Source: a virus
Direction: 5' to 3' (one strand)
Virus genome (UHGV): UHGV-0214148
DNA length: 64,000 bases
This document shows, one piece after another, positions 27,197 through 35,433 of this stretch (positions are counted from its first letter, which is position 1; each line of letters begins with the position of its first letter). The position numbers and the translations under genes are program-made. Under the pieces are notes generated by a model. It ran no database searches, was not told the origin of the DNA, and was given only the letters and a program-made list of their open reading frames with translations.

Positions 27197-27745
27197 TCAT
27201 AATAAGCGTAGGTCTTCTAACCACTTAGATGCATCCGTAACATGATAATAACAAGGGATGTTCAGTGACTGTGCGTAGCGAACACCCATCGCCGTACCCC
27301 CTTTTGGATTTCCCTTTTTATCATGCTCGGCGTAATAATAGACGGCGTCTACATGATCGTCCAAAGAATCACCGGATACAATATTTAAGTTTCGTCCATG
27401 CAACGCCCAAGCTATTTCCGATAGCTTATCAGGATTAGGGTGAAGCGATGCCACAATCCCACGATAACGGACGTCTTGTGGAATAACGCGAAAATCCACA
27501 TTCGGATGTAACTTACGTAACCACAACTTACGTTCGTCAGGCAAATAACAAATATGTGGACCTGGTTCAGTACGTGCTAACATAAACTGTAATTGGTCTG
27601 GTCCTTTGTAACAACCGCCTGACCGCGTTTCGATACTGTGCTGTTTATTACGAAGAATTTTGAACCCACGTTGCAACACATCCAACATTTCTTGCATCGT
27701 GTCTTCGGGCGTTTCTCGAGAACCAATAATAGCAATTTTATACAT
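27197..27745 (-). CDS. hypothetical protein, possibly DprA/SLOG-like Rossmann fold
   Basis: N-terminal KIAIIGSRE resembles the GSR motif of DprA/Smf-type domains; weak. Confidence 0.35.
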   Translation of the reverse strand: MYKIAIIGSRETPEDTMQEMLDVLQRGFKILRNKQHSIETRSGGCYKGPDQLQFMLARTEPGPHICYLPDERKLWLRKLHPNVDFRVIPQDVRYRGIVASLHPNPDKLSEIAWALHGRNLNIVSGDSLDDHVDAVYYYAEHDKKGNPKGGTAMGVRYAQSLNIPCYYHVTDASKWLEDLRLL

Positions 27746-27769
27746 TTGTCACCTCCATACTGAAGTTGT

Positions 27770-27817
27770 GAAGTGAAAAAAAAAGAAAGCAGGAGAGAAC
27801 CCTGAAAAGGTTCTCTC
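27770..27817 (-). terminator. intrinsic terminator
   Basis: GGAGAGAACC-CTGAAAA-GGTTCTCTCC + T-run. Confidence 0.7.
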
Positions 27818-27832
27818 CTATCGGTGATGTTA

Positions 27833-28471
27833 TCACGCTTCTAAACCACTTAAAACGACGGTCTCGAGTAACGCTTTGCCCATCCAGACGTCCAACTCAC
27901 CATCTAAGCCCCCTAAAGGACGTTTATTCAGTTCGTTGTTGTAATTAAGTCCGTCAAGGGTTTTATTCGTAATAATTTGCCCAATATGAAGCGGTAGAAT
28001 AAATCGATTTCGTGCGCTATAAATAAACGAATCACATTCGTAAATTACCACATAGCGTTCGAGATCCTCATCATACTCAACGTGACACTGCGAGCCCGTG
28101 TCCCATGCACGTGACAAAACCATACCACGGTCTTGACACATCTTCTCCACCGACACTTTCGCGGACTCTGCCCATTTATCGTAATTTTTAGGTTGGCCGT
28201 TTTCGAAATCGAACCAATCCAGATACTTACCGGGAATATCAAGAAAGTCGTTCAATTGAAGTTTCGTGTAAGATATCATCACCGCGTCGTTAATATCATT
28301 GCGGTTAGTTAACTTTACTCGATACCGACCTTCCGGTGTGGGTGCGCCTATTAAAGAAACATCCACTTTCTCAGCCGAAAGCTTTTTACGTACACTGCCG
28401 CTATTACAGTAACTAACGAGGTTGAGTAAGTTCTGTCTATGACCAACTTCAAAATCAATTACAAAAGACAT
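27833..28471 (-). CDS. hypothetical protein (start revised to ATG 28471 with GGAG RBS)
   Basis: ORF track start is GTG at 28495 overlapping upstream stop; ATG at 28471 has a better RBS. Confidence 0.7.
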   Translation of the reverse strand: MSFVIDFEVGHRQNLLNLVSYCNSGSVRKKLSAEKVDVSLIGAPTPEGRYRVKLTNRNDINDAVMISYTKLQLNDFLDIPGKYLDWFDFENGQPKNYDKWAESAKVSVEKMCQDRGMVLSRAWDTGSQCHVEYDEDLERYVVIYECDSFIYSARNRFILPLHIGQIITNKTLDGLNYNNELNKRPLGGLDGELDVWMGKALLETVVLSGLEA

Positions 28472-28494
28472 ACAAACTCCGCGGGGGTTAATCA

Positions 28495-28887
28495 CTAATA
28501 CCCGTATAATGGGTACCGTGCGGTGATCTCATCACCAACATAGAAAGTTAAACGTTGAACATTAATACTTTTATTTGCGTAGGGTACAGTTTCTAACGTT
28601 ACCTTTACACTGGCAGAACAACTACCCGGATCAACAAACTGATATGTACGCCGTTTGATGTTTACCAAATAGTAGCCGCCTGCCGGGCACAATTCGGTTT
28701 TACCGTAATTTACCGTGGCGAACTCATCGTTTTGAACTGCAACAACTGGCTGGTCGGTAGATTTAAAAACGACGGGTTTATCGCCCGGCACTGTAGGTTC
28801 AAAACGACTAATATCGTGCGGTTTAAATTCCGCGAACGCGGAAAATGAAAGTAACGTTAGAAATAGGGTAATGACAGTTCGTTTCAT
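28495..28887 (-). CDS. secreted protein (130 aa; N-terminal signal peptide)
   Basis: MKRTVITLFLTLLSFSAFA signal peptide. Confidence 0.7.
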   Translation of the reverse strand: MKRTVITLFLTLLSFSAFAEFKPHDISRFEPTVPGDKPVVFKSTDQPVVAVQNDEFATVNYGKTELCPAGGYYLVNIKRRTYQFVDPGSCSASVKVTLETVPYANKSINVQRLTFYVGDEITARYPLYGY

Positions 28888-29363
28888 CGGTCTACCTCAT
28901 CAAGATGATCGCGTAGCCATGGCATCGACTCTAAGCGCGGAATCATATTCCGTGTGTTCGGCGAAAACCATAGCGCTTCACGATATTTCTTTTTGAAACG
29001 TTCCCAGTGATACGAGAAAGGTTTGGGTGTAAAACCGCGCTCTTTTAGCACCTCCTCCCAAACCAAGTCTTTAATAAAATCGTCCACTAAAATTAATACC
29101 AACACTTTCCATTTACTGCGTCGGTAGTGCCGTGTAAAAGATTTGCGGAGATCAGAAAAGTCCTCTCGACGACGAGAACGTACTGCTGGAGTTGCCTTCT
29201 CTTTAAATTGCGAACAAGGATTATGTTGTAGTATCGTTACAGGAACTCCCCGAACACGGCCTGTACGTAAATCAACCTCGTGTGCGGGGATAACTTCAAC
29301 GCAACGTAACACTTTTGCTTTATTGCCTTCCAAGCACCGCGTCTCATATTCGACACGAATCAT
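28884..29363 (-). CDS. hypothetical basic protein (159 aa)
   Basis: ORF track. Confidence 0.7.
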   Translation of the reverse strand: MIRVEYETRCLEGNKAKVLRCVEVIPAHEVDLRTGRVRGVPVTILQHNPCSQFKEKATPAVRSRRREDFSDLRKSFTRHYRRSKWKVLVLILVDDFIKDLVWEEVLKERGFTPKPFSYHWERFKKKYREALWFSPNTRNMIPRLESMPWLRDHLDEVDR

Positions 29364-29382
29364 TTTGGGCTCTCAACTGTTT

Positions 29383-29859
29383 CTAATAAATCTTATCCGC
29401 AACAGAGAGAAAGATGGGGGTGTTTTCAATAAAATCCACCAAATATCCTTCTTCCGGCGGGGCGTATGACGAATCAACGTTACTGTTCGTCATACGAAAA
29501 TACCGACGGGAGTCACTGGCAATAAACCATCGGTCTATTTGGAAGCCTTTTTTGGAAAAGAAACACAACCCGTCTATGTTTGAGGGATGGACACGACACA
29601 TCACCATTTGACGATCTGAATTAAGTTGAACGTATTTCAGTAAAAAGGAACCTACGCCGCTACGACGAGAACCTTCGGCCACTACCAGATAGATAAGATT
29701 CCCCGGTTCCCAGATTGCAACCCCATGTGTAATATCGTCTTCAACAGCCAACGTGATTCTAACTGGCGTTTCCCGAATCGAATTTAAGTCGTTGACGTAT
29801 TCACGTAATTCAGGAAATTTAGCGGAAATTTTGTCTTCGGTAATATCTAACTGCTGCAT
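29383..29859 (-). CDS. GNAT family N-acetyltransferase
   Basis: Motif VVAEGSRRSGVGSFLL and FFSKKGF. Confidence 0.7.
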   Translation of the reverse strand: MQQLDITEDKISAKFPELREYVNDLNSIRETPVRITLAVEDDITHGVAIWEPGNLIYLVVAEGSRRSGVGSFLLKYVQLNSDRQMVMCRVHPSNIDGLCFFSKKGFQIDRWFIASDSRRYFRMTNSNVDSSYAPPEEGYLVDFIENTPIFLSVADKIY

Positions 29860-30539
29860 TATTGTTCCCCTATCGATAAAACGTTTTTAACAAATTCATC
29901 CCACGTGGTGTTCCCACCAGAAGTAAATAAACTGCTAAGTGGAACGTTTCGATGCTGTGGAATAATCGCATCGAGTTTCGTTACTGGAACTTCGGCCCAT
30001 AAAGCCCAACCGTACAACCCCTCCACTGTTTTTCTCTCACCACGTAGGGATGGCACCCACCAGGTAAACTGTATGAATCTTTTACCGCGACAGATTTTAA
30101 GGCTGGTAGTAAAACCGTGGTCTAACATCCGAACGTCGTCAAACTTACAATTAATCGAGAAAAGACCATAACGGGCAAGTAATCTCCTTATCTGTAACAT
30201 TAGGTCGTTTTGGTATTTGTTCAGTGTGGCAATGTCTACAAAAACCTGTCCCTTCCCAACCCCAAACCCTTTCTTTTCTAAATGCTCCGCTATTAACGCA
30301 GACGTACTCCCCTCTACACCCGGACAATCTAGACTGCCGGATAAAGGTACTGCACGATAATAGCGATGGAGCGTCTCTTGAAAAGCCGCCGTAAGAATTT
30401 TTTCCTCTTTAACGAAATCAACAATTTCCCCATTAGAGGTGACCAGCGGTCCAACCTTCAGGTCCTGAATAGGTATCAGTAACGTTCTGGTCATTAAGCG
30501 TAATGGTTCCACAATAGCACTCCTTCTTTTAAGTCTCAC
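29859..30539 (-). CDS. hypothetical protein (226 aa)
   Basis: ORF track. Confidence 0.7.
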   Translation of the reverse strand: MRLKRRSAIVEPLRLMTRTLLIPIQDLKVGPLVTSNGEIVDFVKEEKILTAAFQETLHRYYRAVPLSGSLDCPGVEGSTSALIAEHLEKKGFGVGKGQVFVDIATLNKYQNDLMLQIRRLLARYGLFSINCKFDDVRMLDHGFTTSLKICRGKRFIQFTWWVPSLRGERKTVEGLYGWALWAEVPVTKLDAIIPQHRNVPLSSLFTSGGNTTWDEFVKNVLSIGEQ

Positions 30540-30554
30540 AGTATGTTTAAAAAT

Positions 30555-30597
30555 TGTAAAAATAAAAAGAAGTAACCTCTACCCGAAGGTAGAGGTT
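30555..30597 (-). terminator. intrinsic terminator
   Basis: AACCTCTACC-CGAA-GGTAGAGGTT + T-run. Confidence 0.65.
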
Positions 30598-30601
30598 AAT
30601 G

Positions 30602-31180
30602 TTATTTCGTTGTTGGGCTTTCCGTCTTCGACTTAAGCTGGCCTGATTTCTCAAGCTTCTTCTCAACAACTTTTGTGGCTATCTCAAGAGACTTATAAGC
30701 CAACGTTTTAATCGGCCAAGTCGCAAAAACAACCAACGCAAAGAACGGTACCAACGTCACAATCAGAACATCTAAACTGTCTTCTGGAAAATGTTGATGC
30801 GTGTCATAACCCAGGAAACCGGTTACAACAACCGTCGCTAACGTCAGGAGGGCAATAATGAACTTCTGGGGAGCGGATAATTTCGGCCATAAGGTTAGCA
30901 TGGTTTCTTTGCTAATCTCATCCCCTAGAGATTCCACAGCGTCAGTTGCCTGCTGATGGAATTGTTCTGACAGTTTGCCTAAGTTATCGATTAGCGTCGG
31001 GCGTAAGTCGGAAAGAATCTTTGTTCCAGAACGGGTGACGTCAACGTCGACGTCATCCCCATACGCCGCTTTCAAGAGTTTCGTTAACTGTTCAGACTGT
31101 TCTTTACTTAACTTTCTGTTTCCAGCTTGGATCAATAAGTCAAGTATTTCAGTGGGTAGTGCTTGTGTGCTCGGTTCCAT
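30602..31180 (-). CDS. membrane protein (two predicted TM helices)
   Basis: Hydrophobic segments FIIALLTLATVVVTGFLGY and VLIVTLVPFFALVVFATW. Confidence 0.7.
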   Translation of the reverse strand: MEPSTQALPTEILDLLIQAGNRKLSKEQSEQLTKLLKAAYGDDVDVDVTRSGTKILSDLRPTLIDNLGKLSEQFHQQATDAVESLGDEISKETMLTLWPKLSAPQKFIIALLTLATVVVTGFLGYDTHQHFPEDSLDVLIVTLVPFFALVVFATWPIKTLAYKSLEIATKVVEKKLEKSGQLKSKTESPTTK

Positions 31181-31824
31181 TATCGTTTTCTCCGACGCCT
31201 TCTCCGCCTGGAGGTCTTAGTCGACTTTTGTTTAGGCGGTAGCAGGCTGTTTAAGTTTAACAGATTTACCCTGACGAAAATATTTCCCACCGCCACAGCA
31301 TCAATACTGTGCTCATCTAACGTTGTAATATCAAACAAAGCATGTTCGCGGTAGAGCTTGGTCACGGCCCGAAACATATCGGTTTTATCCGTCCCCTTCG
31401 CTTCCACCCCAACGAATGATTTTACAATGATAGGATTGAAGCCGTGTAAAATTTTCTCCGGGTAAACGTCCCACAAAGTACGTCGCAACATTAATTGTAG
31501 TTCGACACCAGATTCATAAGCGGAGAGTTTTGCTCTCCGCATAAACGGTGTCTCTGTTGCAACGAAAGTTGGGCAGGCAATCCGAAGAAATTCACGGTAA
31601 CAAGCTTCGAGCTTAACTAAACGATCGTCACGCTTACCGACACACTCTGCAAACGCATTTGGATGCGTTGGGTCTAATACATGCATGGTATCAGCCCAAA
31701 CCACTTCGGCTTGATCGCTGCCGTATTCCCAATCCAATACTGCCATACCAAGATGGCTCGTACCGGGGTCTATTGCCGCGATTCTTACCATCTTATCTGG
31801 AAGTCTCGGCTCGGGTATCAACAT
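31180..31824 (-). CDS. RuvC-like Holliday junction resolvase with poly-Arg C-terminal tail
   Basis: IDPGTSHLGMAV, ATETPF, KSFVGVEAKGTDKTDMFRAV and DEHSIDAVAVGN blocks are collinear with RuvC catalytic motifs; C-terminal RRRRRRRKR encoded by mixed Arg codons. Confidence 0.65.
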   Translation of the reverse strand: MLIPEPRLPDKMVRIAAIDPGTSHLGMAVLDWEYGSDQAEVVWADTMHVLDPTHPNAFAECVGKRDDRLVKLEACYREFLRIACPTFVATETPFMRRAKLSAYESGVELQLMLRRTLWDVYPEKILHGFNPIIVKSFVGVEAKGTDKTDMFRAVTKLYREHALFDITTLDEHSIDAVAVGNIFVRVNLLNLNSLLPPKQKSTKTSRRRRRRRKR

Positions 31825-32711
31825 CAGTTAGCTGTCCCCAGGAAGAACGGTGCAGGTTGTCCGATACGAATGGTCAAAGACAATTTGTCATTCGTCTGTG
31901 CCAGGTTGGTAAACATCGAAATATAGTACAGCGCTTGAACACCGATCGCCTCGTTATAGCTGAATTTAGACCCAGTTGCAGAGTCCCCGGACGCGACCTG
32001 GTCTAACCCTGAACAGAGTGCCAGTTCAGAGATAATTGAACTACGCGGGCTACCACGCATAATGCTCGTTACGTTCATATATTCCTGAACATCAAAGTCT
32101 GTCCACGGAATAACCAGGTCAGCACCCGATTCGACATAACGACCATCTGGAATTGCAACGGTACCATCGTCGTCGTAATCGTAGTCCGGCAATACCTTCG
32201 GTACGGGGTTTAATTCCGTGTCTGTGTACACAAAGTCTTCGACGGTCTCAACACCGTTCTCACGCCTGATATCGTAATCGGTGGTTTTTACAGCGCGCAT
32301 GTCGATGCGTTTTAAATAATACGCCCAGTATTCGCGTTTGTTAAACGTTTCCAAAGTACGAAAAGCGTAGTTCTTACGTTGTTCGTCAGACAGATCATTG
32401 TCTTTTGTACGCAGGACAAACGGAACGCGGGAAAACATCCCGGAAGCAATAGGTTCTTTACCTACAGGCACAACGTCAGCCACCACATCAGAGGTGTCGA
32501 CCATATGGCCACGGTTGCCAATTGCCATGTACTGCAAATGAGGACGCGCTTTACCGTCCGGCACTGGTGTTTGCATGAGTTTATAGAACTCATTCAGTGT
32601 GGATTTTTGCGGGTATTGCACGTCAGCACCGGTAATTAATGCGGTAGCCAAACGCATCGCATTAAGCGTTACCGTCGAGAGTTTACCGTCGTAAACTTTG
32701 ACATTAGACAT
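31824..32711 (-). CDS. hypothetical protein (295 aa)
   Basis: ORF track. Confidence 0.75.
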   Translation of the reverse strand: MSNVKVYDGKLSTVTLNAMRLATALITGADVQYPQKSTLNEFYKLMQTPVPDGKARPHLQYMAIGNRGHMVDTSDVVADVVPVGKEPIASGMFSRVPFVLRTKDNDLSDEQRKNYAFRTLETFNKREYWAYYLKRIDMRAVKTTDYDIRRENGVETVEDFVYTDTELNPVPKVLPDYDYDDDGTVAIPDGRYVESGADLVIPWTDFDVQEYMNVTSIMRGSPRSSIISELALCSGLDQVASGDSATGSKFSYNEAIGVQALYYISMFTNLAQTNDKLSLTIRIGQPAPFFLGTAN

Positions 32712-33231
32712 TGATTAATTCTCCTGGGCGGAACCCATCCAACGCTAATTTCGTCACAAGAGACGCCAATTTGCGTGGGGTGGAATCAGTAAATACGACC
32801 GGAATCGTTCCTTTAAAAGACAAATGATTCGGGACGAGACGAACATCATAAGAATCCAGCTCCTCTGAAATCGGCTCAATCATAATGTCGTCAGCACGCA
32901 GGTCAATCCCTGTTTGTGCAACGATATAATCAGCCAACTCCTCGCTGGACGTTACTGCGCCTTTCGGTACACTCACCGGTTCATCGGCCAGGAACGTTGC
33001 CAAATCAACGCGAGTTAAAATGAATTCCTGGTTACCGACAACGCCGTTACGGAAGACGGCAGCAACCTTTGATTCTAGTCCGTAACGTTGACGTTCTGCT
33101 AAAGTTAGTGGTTGAACGCCGTTTGCGTTAAACTCGATGTTATCAGCAGTATAGGATAGACTAAATACGTAGTTAATCCGGTCTACTAAAATTTGTTTAG
33201 GTGCTTTCGTTAAATCGACACGATATGCCAT
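32704..33231 (-). CDS. hypothetical protein (175 aa)
   Basis: ORF track. Confidence 0.75.
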   Translation of the reverse strand: MAYRVDLTKAPKQILVDRINYVFSLSYTADNIEFNANGVQPLTLAERQRYGLESKVAAVFRNGVVGNQEFILTRVDLATFLADEPVSVPKGAVTSSEELADYIVAQTGIDLRADDIMIEPISEELDSYDVRLVPNHLSFKGTIPVVFTDSTPRKLASLVTKLALDGFRPGELINV

Positions 33232-33238
33232 GATTCTC

Positions 33239-35422
33239 TCACTTAGGTAGCTGGTCTAACGTAAACCCTTCGAGATCGTTAATTTTCACCTGTTCGTTTA
33301 ACGCCCAGTCGTCAAGTGAAGACTTGACCTTAACAATCCCGGTGGTCGGTTCATTAATATCCACCACGACTTGCTGATTCACTCTCACACGGATACCCAT
33401 GTAAATGTTCATCCGTAGTTTGATGTGTTGCGGCATGGACAGTTCTTTAATCACCGGCGCTGCGGGAAGCACTTTGTCCGTCGTCATGTATTGGTGTCGC
33501 GTAACTGACTGTACGCCTAAGAGAGGTTCAATAATGGTAACTGTACCCTCCCCACTCATAGGGATATCCCCTAAGATTGGACAAAGCGGGTCCATAACGT
33601 CGTAAGAATCTGACCCCATCCGCGCAGCAAAATGTACGGTATACGACGAAAGCGTGGTCATTAATCGGACCATCGCGCGCTGTATTTCAGATTGCGAAAT
33701 TGTTGCACGCGTTTCAAGGTTTGTTGCGGTGTTCAATGCATCGACTGCAATATCTTGCCACGTCTCTGCAGAGACCAACGTATAGTCTAGCCCAAAGGTC
33801 TTAAAGAACTCGTCGTAGTTACGATACTTTAACTTTAAATCACAGCGATAATCACGATAATGGTAATCGAACAACATTAAGCCCGCAGCACGATCGGGAA
33901 TCTTACGGCGGTTTTGGCTGTAACGCCAACGGCGTCGCTTCTGTAAGATAATTTCATTAACCGTATCGTAAAGTTCGTCGGCACTGAGAATGGTCCCGAC
34001 TACCTCGGTGTGGGTGTCGGTATAGTAGTTAATCAGCGCATCGAAACGATGTTCCCAACTCGGGATAAGATGTTGTTCCATTTCATCGAAGGGCACCCAA
34101 CGTTTAATCAACACATCAAAAACGTTAAATACGGGGATTTCTTCAAGGGCAACATCGGAGTAACCTTTATACGCCGCGTACAGAAACAGTGCCAACAGTT
34201 CTTTCGAACTTAACTTTAATGTATCGCCGTTCGTTGGGTTAAGAATCTCATGGTAGATGCTGTATTTTCCCTTCGCTACCAAATGTACCCATTCATTAAA
34301 GAGGTTATGTGTGTATTCAAAACGCTCAATAGCTTCTGGGTCAACGGCGGTTACTTCTACGAGTTTCGTCGTTAAGTTGGGGTATTGTGTCAGACTCAGT
34401 CGTGTGTCTAAGTCTTCTTGGTACTCTGGTTCGTACGCCGGGTTGTTATACGCTAACCCCACCTCTTTTTGGATTATGTCCGTAGTGGTAACAATATCCA
34501 AATCGCGTCCAGAGTCTTTCTCTGTGTAGTTTAAAGATTGCTGATAACCGATAGGCAACGGTGTTAAGGTTGAATCGTCATCATCTTTCGGCTCGTGAAT
34601 CTGCTGCGCAACATTATACCCAACCGCAGGCATTCCCCAGCCTGTCAGTAGCGCATCGATTTGCCAGTCGAAGATCTCCTCTTTCCCTGAGTTACGTTCC
34701 CAGTATCGAATATTTCGATAAAGAATGAATTTTTGTTTCTGAGTCAGGTACGGCATAAACTCATGCAGTTCCTGGTGCGAAGCTAAAAATTCGGTAACGA
34801 AGAAAGAGTGTGTTTCTGTCGTATGCTGTAAAGAAGAACGAATATAACCAATTATGCCCGGTAGCTGCGGAAACAACATGCAGTAGAAAGCTAACACAAA
34901 CGCATCGTTGTGGACCTTCCAACCCTCAGCCATGTAACGGACGTGGGCTGCACGAATTCTCGCTTCCAGTCGGCTAATCAATGACGTCTCTTGTGATTCT
35001 ACTAACGAACTGTCGTAGTACAAAATAGAACAATCGTCTACACGTAACGCGTAATTTAAATCGATTGGCGTAAAGACGCCGCGAATATAAACCGCGTATT
35101 CGGGATAAGTTGCGATCAACGCCTCGATATACTCGACATTCGAACGAAAAACGTTAGAGGTCTTTTTATGACGGGACAGGTTGGCTGTCGTTAATTCTAT
35201 CTGCTCTTGCGTGTCGAGCGACGTGATGTAAATGGGTTTATCCATTTCGTGACGTTGTCCTGCTAAATGCAGGTAGTATCGCCACGTACTACGGTTATCG
35301 GAAACGAAACCGCCGTTCTCGGTTATTGCCAGATTCATCTGTTGTGCGATTGATTCTGATTTAATAATCAGCGATTTCGCCAACGCGATGTTCTGATCAC
35401 GAAATATGTTAAATCTCTGCAT
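33239..35422 (-). CDS. hypothetical large protein (start revised to ATG 35422)
   Basis: ORF track uses TTG at 35434; ATG at 35422 (MQRFNIF) is more likely. Divergent from plus-strand gene only 11 nt away. Confidence 0.8.
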   Translation of the reverse strand: MQRFNIFRDQNIALAKSLIIKSESIAQQMNLAITENGGFVSDNRSTWRYYLHLAGQRHEMDKPIYITSLDTQEQIELTTANLSRHKKTSNVFRSNVEYIEALIATYPEYAVYIRGVFTPIDLNYALRVDDCSILYYDSSLVESQETSLISRLEARIRAAHVRYMAEGWKVHNDAFVLAFYCMLFPQLPGIIGYIRSSLQHTTETHSFFVTEFLASHQELHEFMPYLTQKQKFILYRNIRYWERNSGKEEIFDWQIDALLTGWGMPAVGYNVAQQIHEPKDDDDSTLTPLPIGYQQSLNYTEKDSGRDLDIVTTTDIIQKEVGLAYNNPAYEPEYQEDLDTRLSLTQYPNLTTKLVEVTAVDPEAIERFEYTHNLFNEWVHLVAKGKYSIYHEILNPTNGDTLKLSSKELLALFLYAAYKGYSDVALEEIPVFNVFDVLIKRWVPFDEMEQHLIPSWEHRFDALINYYTDTHTEVVGTILSADELYDTVNEIILQKRRRWRYSQNRRKIPDRAAGLMLFDYHYRDYRCDLKLKYRNYDEFFKTFGLDYTLVSAETWQDIAVDALNTATNLETRATISQSEIQRAMVRLMTTLSSYTVHFAARMGSDSYDVMDPLCPILGDIPMSGEGTVTIIEPLLGVQSVTRHQYMTTDKVLPAAPVIKELSMPQHIKLRMNIYMGIRVRVNQQVVVDINEPTTGIVKVKSSLDDWALNEQVKINDLEGFTLDQLPK

Positions 35423-35433
35423 CGGAGACCCCA

